Shown: in pieces, positions 1 to 9,529 of the stretch
Layout of the letters: every line of letters begins with the position of its first letter
Position numbering within the stretch: the stretch's first letter is position 1
Position numbers and translations under genes: made by a program
DNA from: an uncultured Candidatus Saccharibacteria bacterium
GTDB lineage: Bacteria; Patescibacteriota; Doudnabacteria; UBA920
Length of the DNA stretch: 64,000 nucleotides
Direction: 5' to 3'
Assembly: GCA_964505635.1 (NCBI GenBank)
Contig: CAZDIP010000002.1
Coordinates: 37,736-101,735, forward strand
Notes under the pieces: model-generated
What the model saw: the letters and a program-made list of their open reading frames with translations, nothing else
Databases searched by the model: none
What the model was told of the DNA's origin: nothing

Positions 1-926
1 ATTTTAACCTCAATATCTCCGTCCAAAGTTTTAACAATAACCTTTGCGCCCAAAGCTGCCTGAGTAAAACCAACCGGCAAATCTTTAAGCAAATTAAAGC
101 CGTCTCTTAAAAAATCTTTAGAAGTTTTTACTCTTATATTTAAATACAAATCCCCGGGGCTACTACCCCGATAACCGGCTTCCCCCTCTCCGGGAATCCT
201 AACCCTCTGACCATTGTCTATTCCGGCAGGAATTTTAACTGAAATGGTTTTATTTTGCCTTTTTATGCCCCTGCCACTGCAGCTTTTACAAGGAATTTCC
301 GGCACTTGGCCAATTCCTTCACAACGATCACAGGCTGTAGAAGAAGCCACGGCACCAAAAATAGTTTGTCTGGTAACCCGAATCTGACCCTGGCCATGGC
401 ATTTTGGACAAGTAGCAATTTTAGTACCCTCCGAAGCGCCGCTACCATTGCAAACCTGACACTTGTCCTGTTTTTCCAAATTAATAGTTTTTTCCACGCC
501 AAAAACTGCCTCTTCAAATGCAATCTCCAAACCCATTTCCAAGTCTATACCCTTATTTCGCCTGGAAGCACGCTCCTGGCGGCCGCCAAAAAAGTCACTG
601 AACATATCGCCTAAATCAAACTCAACTCCGTTGTTGCCAAAACCTCCAAAATCAAACCCTTCAAAAGGACTCCCGCCTGCGCCATACTTAAAACCGCCTG
701 CGCCATGGTTGGACGCAGCCTCCCAATTGCTTCCATAAGTATCGTAAGCTTTGCGTTTTTGCTCATCGCTTAAAACCTGGTACGCCTCGTTAACTTCCTT
801 GAATTTAGCCTCATTGCCAGCGCCTTTATCCGGATGAAACTCGTGAGCCTTTTTCCGAAAAGCTTTTTTTATTTCATCAGCTGTCGCTGCTTTACTTACG
901 CCTAATATTTGATAATAATCTTTCAT
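1..926 (-). CDS. dnaJ: Chaperone DnaJ (3' end outside window)
   Basis: Read manually from ATG at 926: [34 protein letters not shown] (HPD motif), G/F-rich region and CxxCxGxG repeats; downstream of dnaK. Confidence 0.95.
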   Translation of the reverse strand, partial: MKDYYQILGVSKAATADEIKKAFRKKAHEFHPDKGAGNEAKFKEVNEAYQVLSDEQKRKAYDTYGSNWEAASNHGAGGFKYGAGGSPFEGFDFGGFGNNGVEFDLGDMFSDFFGGRQERASRRNKGIDLEMGLEIAFEEAVFGVEKTINLEKQDKCQVCNGSGASEGTKIATCPKCHGQGQIRVTRQTIFGAVASSTACDRCEGIGQVPEIPCKSCSGRGIKRQNKTISVKIPAGIDNGQRVRIPGEGEAGYRGSSPGDLYLNIRVKTSKDFLRDGFNLLKDLPVGFTQAALGAKVIVKTLDGDIEVK

Positions 927-942
927 AGAAAAAACTAGAGGC

Positions 943-1239
943 TTATTCGGTTCTAAAACCAATTTTTTGGTCGGGCACTACCGCTAAACTAATAGTTCCA
1001 TATTGTTGTTCGTATTTTTGTATGCTTTCTAAAATTGCCTTGCTTAAACGCTTCATATGGCTGGGCGAAACCATGACTCTGGCATTAACAATTCCGGCCG
1101 GGGGCAAAACATTCATAAAATCCATTACAAACTCCTCAGCGGTATGACCTATTTGCACATGCGTGGCATAAGCTCCTTTTAAAGTTTCGTCCGTAATTTT
1201 TACCTGTATGGATTGATTTTCGTTCTGAGTTTTTTCCAT
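943..1239 (-). CDS. DUF3467-like small protein
   Basis: G.Y.(N/T)...HT.EEF.MDF...P.....ARV..SP.H.KRL pattern. Confidence 0.75.
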   Translation of the reverse strand: MEKTQNENQSIQVKITDETLKGAYATHVQIGHTAEEFVMDFMNVLPPAGIVNARVMVSPSHMKRLSKAILESIQKYEQQYGTISLAVVPDQKIGFRTE

Positions 1240-1240
1240 A

Positions 1241-1990
1241 TTAATTGGCCTGTAGCCTTAATTTTATATTTTTTAACTGTTGCTGCTCTTCCGTGCAAAA
1301 ATCCTGCGGGCTCGCCTGGCCGTAAAAATTAAAAATTTTTCCGGAAATACCCCTGCTCTGACTCATGATGCAATTTTCATTTTGGTTTAAAGGCAAGCCC
1401 AACTGCAAACCAAGTTCATGCAATAAAGCTGAACGCGCGTAATCGTTAAAGGCATTGTAATTACTTCCGGTAAGATCCCTAATTGCCTTAGTAGAAATAA
1501 CAATTCCAAACTCCTTAAAGGACCTGCTTATTTCAGTTTCCGCTCTAGGCTTGTAATCGTTGACAACCATAATAAATAAATTCGGTTGACCGGTTAAATA
1601 ATGCCTGCGTTTGTCTTCCACAATACTGCCAAGACCTTGTTCCGTAAATGTATCGTTGTTAATTTTGTCTATGTTAAACACACTAACCTGTTTACCCAAA
1701 TATTCCCTGACTTTGTCAGAAAAATTATTTACGACTTCATCGCTTACACCATATGAGTCAGACTGAACAAACTCAACAACCACCGGACTGCCCCCAAAAA
1801 AATATTCTGCTCTGGCATCTCCCGGTTTATGTAAACTAAACAAGCCTCTTAAAGTGGGGTATTTACCCAAAGTAAATCTAGTAGTTTGGTTAAAATTACT
1901 GTTCAAAGATCCCATTACGGAAACTTTGACATAAACCACAGAAGTAACCAAGGCAATAACAATAACAACTAGCAGTGTTTTAAAAGTCAT
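1241..1990 (-). CDS. Membrane-anchored protein with degenerate zincin (archaemetzincin-like) motif
   Basis: N-terminal TM helix; HELGLQLGLPLNQNENCIMS resembles HExGHxxGLxH...CIM with two His lost. Confidence 0.5.
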   Translation of the reverse strand: MTFKTLLVVIVIALVTSVVYVKVSVMGSLNSNFNQTTRFTLGKYPTLRGLFSLHKPGDARAEYFFGGSPVVVEFVQSDSYGVSDEVVNNFSDKVREYLGKQVSVFNIDKINNDTFTEQGLGSIVEDKRRHYLTGQPNLFIMVVNDYKPRAETEISRSFKEFGIVISTKAIRDLTGSNYNAFNDYARSALLHELGLQLGLPLNQNENCIMSQSRGISGKIFNFYGQASPQDFCTEEQQQLKNIKLRLQAN

Positions 1991-2023
1991 GAATTTGTTG
2001 CTTTTTATTTATTTTTAATGCAA

Positions 2024-3931
2024 CTATTTATTTGAGTTAACTTCCTTGTACTCCGCGTCCACCGGGCCTTTGTCAGAATTTGGATTTTGCCCGCCTGGCG
2101 AAGCATTTTGCTCAGGCGCAGATGAACTTTCCGAAGCTTTAGCGGAGTCCGCCGTAGCTTCAGCGGAGGAGGAATACATAGCCGCCCCTACCTTCTGCAC
2201 GGCTTCGCTTAAAGCATCCATAGCTTTCTTTATTGCTTCCACGTCGTCTTTGTCTTTAACTTCCTTTAAAGCTTTAATTTTTTCTTCAACCTGGGTTTTA
2301 TCTTCGACTTTAGCTTTGTCGCCGGCGTCTTTCAAAGTTTTTTCAGATACGCTAATAAGCGTATCGGCTTGGTTTCGCATATCCACGGTTTCTTTGCGTT
2401 TCCTGTCTTCCGCGGCGTGGCTTTCTGCTTCCTTTTTCATTCTTTCCACATCTTCCTTGGAAAGATTGGAAGAACCCTGAATGGTAATTTTGTTTTCCTT
2501 GTTGGTCGCCTTGTCTTTGGCCTTTACAGTAAGTATACCATTAGCGTCTATATCAAAGGTAACTTCAACTTGAGGAATACCTCTTGGAGCCGGCGGAATG
2601 CCGTCTAATATAAAATGGCCTAAAGATTTGTTGTCTTTGGCAAATTCGCGTTCACCCTGAAGCACGTGGACTTCTACACTGGTCTGGTTGTCAGCCGCGG
2701 TGGAAAAGGTTTGTGACTTAGAAGTAGGGATAGTGGTGTTACGGTCTATAAGCGGAGTGCGTATACCGCCCAAAGTTTCAAGCCCTAAGGTTAAAGGCGT
2801 AACGTCTAAAAGCAAAATTTCCTTGCCTTGCACGTCGCCACCCAAAACTCCGGCCTGCACAGCCGCGCCTTTAGCCACGGCTTCCATTGGGTCAATACCG
2901 CCTTCTACGGCTTTACCAATATAGTCTTCTACAAACTTTTTAACCGAAGGCATTCTGGTCGGCCCGCCAATTAAAATAATTTTGTCTATATTTTGCGGGG
3001 TAAGTTTGGCGTCACTAATAGCCTGCTCTACCGGCTTTCTCATTTTTTCTATAAGCGGCTTAACCAGTTCTTCTAACTTAGCGCGGGTGATTTTAATCTG
3101 TAAGTGCTTGGGCCCGCTGGCATCTGCGGTTATAAACGGCAGGTTAATATCGGTTTCCAAAGTGGTGGAAAGTTCAATTTTGGCCTTTTCCGCGGCTTCT
3201 CTGACACGGTTCATAGCCATTTTGTCGCCTGTAATATCTACGCCATTTGCCGCTTTAAAGTCGGAAGTTATAAAGTTTATAATTGCCGCGTCCATATCTT
3301 TTCCGCCTAATTGCGTGTCGCCCGAAGTGGACATAACTTCAAAAGTTGCCTGGCCTTCGTGCTCGCCAAAGTCCATTATTGTCACGTCCAAAGTTCCACC
3401 ACCCAAATCGAATACAAGGATTTTTTGGTCTTTGGCGCCGGTTTTGTCCAGGCCATAAGCAAAAGCCGCGGCTGTTGGTTCGTTAATTACGCGCACTACT
3501 TCAAGTCCCGCAATTTCGCCGGCGTTTTTAGTGGCCTGCCTTTGGCTGTCATCAAAATAAGCCGGTACCGTAATAACCGCCTTTTGTACTGGCTGGCCCA
3601 AAAAAGTTTCCGCGTCTTTTTTAATTTTCTGCAATATAAAAGCACTAATCTGCTCCGGGGTGTATTCCTTGCCGTTTATGCTGTACTTAAACGTTGTGCC
3701 CATTTTTCTTTTGGCTTCAAAAATGGTGCCTTCGGGGTTAGTCACCGCTTGCCTTCTGGCCGGCTCACCAACTAATAATTGTCCTTCTTTGGTAAAAGCC
3801 ACATACGATGGGAATGCTTTTCCCCCGAGTGACGCCCCTTCCGCTGCCGGAATAATAACGGGCGTACCGCCTTCCATAACCGAAGCGGCAGAATTACTTG
3901 TACCCAAATCTATACCTATAATTTTTGCCAT
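2024..3931 (-). CDS. dnaK: Chaperone DnaK (Hsp70)
   Basis: [24 protein letters not shown]-like [16 protein letters not shown] motifs; AAGGAG SD upstream. Confidence 0.99.
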   Translation of the reverse strand: MAKIIGIDLGTSNSAASVMEGGTPVIIPAAEGASLGGKAFPSYVAFTKEGQLLVGEPARRQAVTNPEGTIFEAKRKMGTTFKYSINGKEYTPEQISAFILQKIKKDAETFLGQPVQKAVITVPAYFDDSQRQATKNAGEIAGLEVVRVINEPTAAAFAYGLDKTGAKDQKILVFDLGGGTLDVTIMDFGEHEGQATFEVMSTSGDTQLGGKDMDAAIINFITSDFKAANGVDITGDKMAMNRVREAAEKAKIELSTTLETDINLPFITADASGPKHLQIKITRAKLEELVKPLIEKMRKPVEQAISDAKLTPQNIDKIILIGGPTRMPSVKKFVEDYIGKAVEGGIDPMEAVAKGAAVQAGVLGGDVQGKEILLLDVTPLTLGLETLGGIRTPLIDRNTTIPTSKSQTFSTAADNQTSVEVHVLQGEREFAKDNKSLGHFILDGIPPAPRGIPQVEVTFDIDANGILTVKAKDKATNKENKITIQGSSNLSKEDVERMKKEAESHAAEDRKRKETVDMRNQADTLISVSEKTLKDAGDKAKVEDKTQVEEKIKALKEVKDKDDVEAIKKAMDALSEAVQKVGAAMYSSSAEATADSAKASESSSAPEQNASPGGQNPNSDKGPVDAEYKEVNSNK

Positions 3932-3983
3932 AATATTTTCTCCTTAATTAATACTCTGAAAGTAATTTTTAACAAATTACTGC

Positions 3984-4250
3984 TTAATTTGTTGCTAATA
4001 AAACTGCTATAAATATCAACGGGATAACAACAATAAATACTAGGATATTAGAAATTAACTTAAACCATATTTTATTTGTGCTATAGCTATTATTAAATAA
4101 CAAACTTACCGCAACAGATAATGCCAGCATCACAAAAGTGAAAAAAGAATCTAAATGACTCTTAAAGTAGCTATCATTTACCGAAAAAGTCCAAATAAAT
4201 CCGGTTAAATATACTATTCCTGAAACTATAGCAATGAATTTTTGAATCAT
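3984..4250 (-). CDS. Small multi-TM hypothetical protein
   Basis: 88-aa ORF with three hydrophobic segments, co-oriented inside the chaperone operon. Confidence 0.6.
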   Translation of the reverse strand: MIQKFIAIVSGIVYLTGFIWTFSVNDSYFKSHLDSFFTFVMLALSVAVSLLFNNSYSTNKIWFKLISNILVFIVVIPLIFIAVLLATN

Positions 4251-4260
4251 GTTTTTATTA

Positions 4261-4554
4261 CTACAAACTCTCTATCTCCATTTCCTTAAACTGATTCAAG
4301 GTGAAGCCTAAAATATTTTTACTTGCTAAGAGTTTTTTGGAAGTTGCGAATTCTTTAGAAAATTCCTCTTTTAACTTAACAAAAACATTGCCTTCGCTTC
4401 CGTCACTTTTACGCTTTAGGTGTAAAATTATTTTATTCTTGTTCAAAATCTTACTTACTATGGTGCAGTCATCCGCCGTTAAAACTTTTATGGCGCTGGC
4501 TTTATCTTCCCACTCCATTATTTTTCCTACTTCAAACCAGTCTTTAATTTTCAC
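4261..4554 (-). CDS. Hypothetical protein
   Basis: 97-aa ORF co-oriented between grpE and dnaK. Confidence 0.55.
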   Translation of the reverse strand: MKIKDWFEVGKIMEWEDKASAIKVLTADDCTIVSKILNKNKIILHLKRKSDGSEGNVFVKLKEEFSKEFATSKKLLASKNILGFTLNQFKEMEIESL

Positions 4555-4691
4555 TTGGTATATTGCTTTCTCCGTATCCGCCTAAACACGTTAAACGAAA
4601 ACAGCTATTACTTTTCCTAAACTTAACCCATGTCTCCTTTAAAAAAATTTCTGCTGGGTTATAATTATTATTCAACCTCATAAATCAAAAA

Positions 4692-5201
4692 TTATTGTCG
4701 CTTATTTATTATTACCTGGCTCGGACGAATTACTTTTCCGTTCAATTCAAATCCGCTTTGAAGTTCTTCCACCACCATCCCATCATCTTCCCCTTCCACC
4801 TCTCTTACCGCTTCGTGGAAATTGGGGTCAAACTTTTTTCCAACCGCTTCTATTTTCTTTACGCCCAATTCGCCCAAAGTTTTGTCTAGCTGGGAAAGAA
4901 TGCCGTTCATCCCGGTAAACCAGTTATCATACTGTTTCCAAAACTCATCTTCGCCCTTAGCCCTTAGCCCTTCACCCTTTGGCAAATGCTTTAAAGCTTG
5001 CGCTAACGCGTCCAGCGTGGGCAAAAGCTTGGCTACGGTTACTTCGCGCGCGAATTCCACCAATTCCTTGTTTTCCGCTTCCTTCCTGCGCTTATAATTT
5101 TCAAAGTCAGCTAACGTACGTTTCCATTTTTCGGTAATATCGTCTAAATCGGTTTGCAGCTGGTCTAGGTTTTGGGAATCTTGTTGATTATCCTCATTCA
5201 T
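4692..5201 (-). CDS. grpE: Nucleotide exchange factor GrpE
   Basis: ADFENYKRR, FDPNFHEAV, G.ELNGKVIRPSQV motifs. Confidence 0.97.
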   Translation of the reverse strand: MNEDNQQDSQNLDQLQTDLDDITEKWKRTLADFENYKRRKEAENKELVEFAREVTVAKLLPTLDALAQALKHLPKGEGLRAKGEDEFWKQYDNWFTGMNGILSQLDKTLGELGVKKIEAVGKKFDPNFHEAVREVEGEDDGMVVEELQSGFELNGKVIRPSQVIINKRQ

Positions 5202-5319
5202 AAATTCGAAATTCTAATATCGAAATCCGAAACAATAATTAAATTATAAATTTTAAACATTTGAATTTGGAAATTCGATTTTGTTTCGAATTTCATGCTT
5301 CGTATTTCGGATTTAAACT

Positions 5320-6075
5320 TTATTTAATCATAAAAAATATAAAAATCGCAGCGCCTCCCCCAATTAACTTAGATATATATTCAAGCAGACTCATATTCTT
5401 CTCGTACTTCATACTCTTAGGCCCCACCACGCCAATTACGCCTTTTTTGCCGCTTGGCAATTGCAAACCTGAAACTACCATAGAGTAATCGCTATTTTTA
5501 GACAATGTAATTTCTTTTCCTATTTTGGCTTCCGGGCCCTTACCTGTATATTCCTGCATCATTTTTTCCGCGTGTTCGTCCAAATGGTCAAAAAACTGGG
5601 CAATCTCCTTTGCGTCTTCGGCCGGCAAATTCGGACTGTTTAAAATATTGGAAATTCCCACGGAAGAAACTTCGTCCGGGAAAAGCGCGAAACCTCCGGC
5701 TCCTGAATGTTCAGAAACCAACTTAGCCAAACGCCTGCCCATTTCCATATGAACTACCTGCAATTTAGCCAACTCCCTCTTAAGCCTATCCTGTTCCTGC
5801 AAAGTCAGTTTAACTTTATCCATTAACTGGTTTACAAAATACCGAAAACCTTTGTCGGTCGGGATACGGCCGGCAGAAGTATGCGGCTGCTGAATATACC
5901 CCATTTTTTCCAATTCCTGCATTTCGTTCCGAATGGTCGGCGCGGAAATGCCAAAATGGTACTTTTCAGCAAGCTCCTTACTGCCTACCGGTTCGCTGTT
6001 TTCGCAGTGCTCTTTAACAATAGCAGCCAGTATTTTTGCCTGCCTTTGGGATAATTTATTATCACTGTCTTGCAT
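5320..6075 (-). CDS. hrcA: Heat-inducible transcription repressor HrcA (short form)
   Basis: PVGSK, SAPTIRNEM, QPHTSAGRIPTDKGFRYFV, IGVVGP..M.Y motifs. Confidence 0.95.
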   Translation of the reverse strand: MQDSDNKLSQRQAKILAAIVKEHCENSEPVGSKELAEKYHFGISAPTIRNEMQELEKMGYIQQPHTSAGRIPTDKGFRYFVNQLMDKVKLTLQEQDRLKRELAKLQVVHMEMGRRLAKLVSEHSGAGGFALFPDEVSSVGISNILNSPNLPAEDAKEIAQFFDHLDEHAEKMMQEYTGKGPEAKIGKEITLSKNSDYSMVVSGLQLPSGKKGVIGVVGPKSMKYEKNMSLLEYISKLIGGGAAIFIFFMIK

Positions 6076-6117
6076 GAAGTGATAATACTATTATCACTCA
6101 AAGCTGTCAAGTGATAA
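6059..6117. promoter_or_regulatory. Tandem variant CIRCE operators (TTATCACT-N11-AGTGATAA, twice)
   Basis: 6059-6085 TTATCACTG-N9-AAGTGATAA and 6091-6117 TTATCACTC-N9-AAGTGATAA, over and upstream of the hrcA start; canonical CIRCE is TTAGCACTC-N9-GAGTGCTAA. Confidence 0.8.
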
Positions 6118-6235
6118 CCCCATCTAACTAAAAAAATTAAATGTAAAGTATACTTGACATTAAAAAATATCTGTCATATTATTGTCCTATTAAGACTTAT
6201 TAGTCCTAAGCAGGACAACAAAGGAAACAAACACT

Positions 6236-6847
6236 ATGAACAAAACTATTTGGATAATTCTTGCCGCGGTTATAATACTTGGCGGCGGGATAGCGCTTTA
6301 TGCCAATCAAAATTCAGGCAACAAGACTCAAACTAAAAATGACGTCATGATGCAAGATGACAGCGCTATGCAAAAAAAAGATGATGCTATGGTGAAAGAA
6401 GAAGGAATGATGGACAAAAAAGACGAAAGCATGATGGAAAACAAAGACTCAATGACAAAAGATGAAAGTGCGATGATGAAAGAAGATGATAAAATGTCCC
6501 CTAAAGCGGGATCCGCCTCCGGCGAAATGGAAGCAAAACCAGGACTTTACACAGACTACTCCTCCTCAAAACTTGCCGAAGCCAGCGCAAACGGCAAAGC
6601 TGTATTGTTCTTTTGGGCTAGCTGGTGCCCCTTTTGCAAAGCCGCCAACGAAGCGTTTTTGTCCCGCGCCTCAGAAATCCCTTCCGGCGTAACCGTGCTT
6701 AAAACCAACTATGATACGGAAAAAGATCTTAAAGCCAAATACGGCGTAACTTACCAGCATACTTTTGTGCAAGTGGATGCACAAGGCAATATGCTTAGCA
6801 AATGGAACGGCGGGGACATTGATTCGCTAAAAGCGAATTTAAAATAA
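6236..6847 (+). CDS. Membrane-anchored thioredoxin-family protein with Met-rich (MxKD-like) linker
   Basis: N-terminal TM, Met/Asp/Lys repeats, WCPFC active site. Confidence 0.85.
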   Translation: MNKTIWIILAAVIILGGGIALYANQNSGNKTQTKNDVMMQDDSAMQKKDDAMVKEEGMMDKKDESMMENKDSMTKDESAMMKEDDKMSPKAGSASGEMEAKPGLYTDYSSSKLAEASANGKAVLFFWASWCPFCKAANEAFLSRASEIPSGVTVLKTNYDTEKDLKAKYGVTYQHTFVQVDAQGNMLSKWNGGDIDSLKANLK

Positions 6848-6918
6848 ATATTGTTCGAGCGAAGTCGAGAACCAATAAAAAATTTTCTTCTCCACTTTGG
6901 TCGAAAACTAAAATTTTT

Positions 6919-7632
6919 ATGCTACAACTTTTATTTGCTGTACTTGCCGGCATGCTCACTGTGGGCGCGCCATGCATACTCCCCCTCCTCCCAATTCTTT
7001 TGGGCGCCAGCGTAGGCCAAAACAGCAAGACCAGGCCATTATTTATAGCCTTTGGATTCATATTTACTTTTTCATTGGCAGGCTTGTTTTTATCAGCCCT
7101 AGTGCAAAGTTTTATGATAGCGCCCGACGCCTTAAGAAATGCCGCAGTTTTTATGCTCGGCCTATTCGGCTTACTGCTTTTATGGCAAACGCCTTTTAAA
7201 AAACTGGCTGTTTATTTATCCGGCGCCGTTACCAGCGCAAGCTCGGCCGCAGGGCAAGCAGGCAGCGGAAACTTGGGGGGATTTGTTTTAGGAGCGCTCT
7301 TAGGCATAATTTGGACGCCTTGCGCCGGGCCGGTTTTAGGAAGCATATTAACTTTAATAGCCACTCAAGCCGACCAGGTCCGCGCGACTATATTAATAGT
7401 CGCTTACGCGCTTGGAGCGGGAATTCCAATGGTTTTAATTGCCTACGGCGGCCAATATATTACCCAAAAAGTCAGATGGCTGGCCAATTACTCGGAAGCT
7501 TTGCAAAGAATTTTTGGAAGTCTTATTATTGCCCTGGCCATAGCCATGTACTTTCAGTACGACTTAATTTTGCAGGCGAAATTATTGGAATTTTTTCCTG
7601 CCTGGAATTTAGCTAACCTAATTAAACTTTAA
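6919..7632 (+). CDS. ccdA: Cytochrome c biogenesis CcdA/DsbD transmembrane domain protein
   Basis: PCILPLLP and WTPCAGPVLG motifs, about six TM helices. Confidence 0.88.
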   Translation: MLQLLFAVLAGMLTVGAPCILPLLPILLGASVGQNSKTRPLFIAFGFIFTFSLAGLFLSALVQSFMIAPDALRNAAVFMLGLFGLLLLWQTPFKKLAVYLSGAVTSASSAAGQAGSGNLGGFVLGALLGIIWTPCAGPVLGSILTLIATQADQVRATILIVAYALGAGIPMVLIAYGGQYITQKVRWLANYSEALQRIFGSLIIALAIAMYFQYDLILQAKLLEFFPAWNLANLIKL

Positions 7633-7641
7633 AAATAAATA

Positions 7642-7764
7642 TACATGAGTCCCAAAACTTCCCATTTCGAGTGAAACGAGAAATCCCTTAAAGCTTAAGC
7701 CCGTATGTTTAAGCGATTCCTCACTACGTTCGGAATGGTTTACACGGATTTTTGGACCCATGTA
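7642..7764. repeat. Nested palindromic (REP/MITE-like) element
   Basis: Outer imperfect IR tacatgagtcccaaaa (7642-7657) / tttttggacccatgta (7749-7764) enclosing inner IR ccatttcgagtgaaacgagaaatc...gattcctcactacgttcggaatgg (7662-7738). Confidence 0.6.
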
Positions 7765-7772
7765 AATATAGA

Positions 7773-8801
7773 ATGAAATATTTACCATACATATTAATTG
7801 CTTTAGTGATTTTTTTAGCCGCCGGTTTTTATTTAGACCGAGCTAACCGCTATACAGAGCCAGTCCCGCTTACCATTGATTCCAGTTCAAACAATATAAA
7901 TAAACTTATGCCCACGGAGTTAAAAAATTATGGCCCGGCGCCTGAATTTAAAGGCATCACCAAATGGCTTAATAGTGACCCGTTAACCCTTGAAGACTTA
8001 AAAGGCAAAGTTGTTTTAGTAGATTTTTGGACATACTCATGCATAAACTGCATTCGCACCTTGCCTTACGTAACCAAATGGTACGACACTTATAAAGACC
8101 AGGGCCTGGTAATTGTAGGCGTGCACACTCCTGAATTCGCTTTTGAAAAAGTAACCGAGAACGTGCAAACGGCAATAAAAAGATTTAACATAAATTACCC
8201 GGTAGCGCAGGACAATGACTTTCAAACCTGGAATGCCTACTCAAACCGCTATTGGCCCGCGCATTATTTAATAGATAAAGAAGGCAACGTAGTTTATACG
8301 CATTTTGGCGAAGGCAATTACGGTATTACCGAAAACAATATCCGCTATTTGCTCGGCCTAAATTCCCCCGCAAATACCAAAAATCCGACCTTCGGAAAAG
8401 TGGGAAGCCCTGAAATGTATTTTGGCTTAAGCCGCTTGGAAAATTTGAGTTCAAAACAAACAGCCTCGTCTCACCCAAATATTTATAATTTTCCCGATCA
8501 TTTAAAATTAAATGAATTCGCTTTAAACGGAGAATGGAAATTTGAAAACGAAAAAACCGTACTAACAAAAGGATCGGGAATTATTCGCTTAAAATTTAAA
8601 GCCGGCAAACTGCATATGGTAGCCTCGTCAGACAAGCCGCAAGACTTAAAAATTACTGTTGATGGAAAAATTAAGGCAGCTGTGAAAGTTCAGATGTCCG
8701 AGCTTTATACCTTATTTGATTCCAACGATTATTCGGAGCATACTATAGATATAGAAATTCCCGAAGCCGGTTTTGAGGCGTTTACTTTTACATTCGGATA
8801 G
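7773..8801 (+). CDS. DipZ-like thioredoxin (TlpA family) with C-terminal beta domain
   Basis: DFWTYSCINC, GVHTPEFAFEK, YWPAHYLID, FTFTFG; ATG at 7773 preferred over the upstream TTG. Confidence 0.88.
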   Translation: MKYLPYILIALVIFLAAGFYLDRANRYTEPVPLTIDSSSNNINKLMPTELKNYGPAPEFKGITKWLNSDPLTLEDLKGKVVLVDFWTYSCINCIRTLPYVTKWYDTYKDQGLVIVGVHTPEFAFEKVTENVQTAIKRFNINYPVAQDNDFQTWNAYSNRYWPAHYLIDKEGNVVYTHFGEGNYGITENNIRYLLGLNSPANTKNPTFGKVGSPEMYFGLSRLENLSSKQTASSHPNIYNFPDHLKLNEFALNGEWKFENEKTVLTKGSGIIRLKFKAGKLHMVASSDKPQDLKITVDGKIKAAVKVQMSELYTLFDSNDYSEHTIDIEIPEAGFEAFTFTFG

Positions 8802-8890
8802 TTCTTTGAAAAGGACAAACCTAGCGGTTTTTCCTTTTCAATACTTATCCTTTTCCCTATAATTGTCTCCTCGGCCAGCAAATAAATTAC

Positions 8891-9103
8891 TTGGCCTCGG
8901 ATCTAAAAATGATTTTAAACAACATTCGCAAATTCAGGGAAGAAAAAAGCCTTACCCAGGAAGAACTGGCCAAGGCGGTTTTTGTTTCCAGGCAAACCAT
9001 TAACGCTATGGAAAAAGGCAATTACGAACCAAGCTTGGGACTAGCCTTAAAAATTGCCGGTTTTTTTAAAATGCCGATTGAAGAAATTTTTAAAATAAGA
9101 TAG
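8891..9103 (+). CDS. XRE-family HTH transcriptional regulator
   Basis: LTQEELA..V.VSRQTI...EKG.Y.PSL.LA.KIA..F. Confidence 0.9.
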   Translation: MASDLKMILNNIRKFREEKSLTQEELAKAVFVSRQTINAMEKGNYEPSLGLALKIAGFFKMPIEEIFKIR

Positions 9104-9158
9104 TCAATGCTTGTTAAAATGTTAGTATGTTATTATGATTAAATGTTAAAATGATTAT

Positions 9159-9521
9159 ATGAAATCTATCATCTACTACCTTTTGCTTTTAATACTTATT
9201 GCGCTTACGGCCGGGTTTATGCTGTCTGAACCTATGGATAAAATGACTATGCCGCAAATGCTTTCGGTCAGCGTAGTTTTAGTCATATATTCAATCGCTA
9301 TTTCCTTAGTCGGCGAAACTAACAACCAAGACGAACGCGATATTATGCATAGAAATTTGGCCAACCGCTATGCTTTAATTTCAGGTACTGTGGTATTTTC
9401 TTTGGGACTGATTTATCAAATGTTTATAACCCACGCTTTAGACTGGTGGCTTTTGGCAGGACTTATTACCATAAACCTTACAAAAATTATTAGCTTAATA
9501 TATTTTAACTACAGAAAATAG
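9159..9521 (+). CDS. Small membrane protein (DUF2178-like DER motif)
   Basis: Four TM segments with a central DERD, next to an XRE regulator. Confidence 0.6.
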   Translation: MKSIIYYLLLLILIALTAGFMLSEPMDKMTMPQMLSVSVVLVIYSIAISLVGETNNQDERDIMHRNLANRYALISGTVVFSLGLIYQMFITHALDWWLLAGLITINLTKIISLIYFNYRK

Positions 9522-9529
9522 TTTTCTGA

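Noticed and set aside
2046-3947. Plus-strand ORFs antisense to dnaK (and similar ones over uvrA, trxB, gdhA, valS)
   Set aside because: Antisense shadows of strongly conserved genes with no recognisable motifs.
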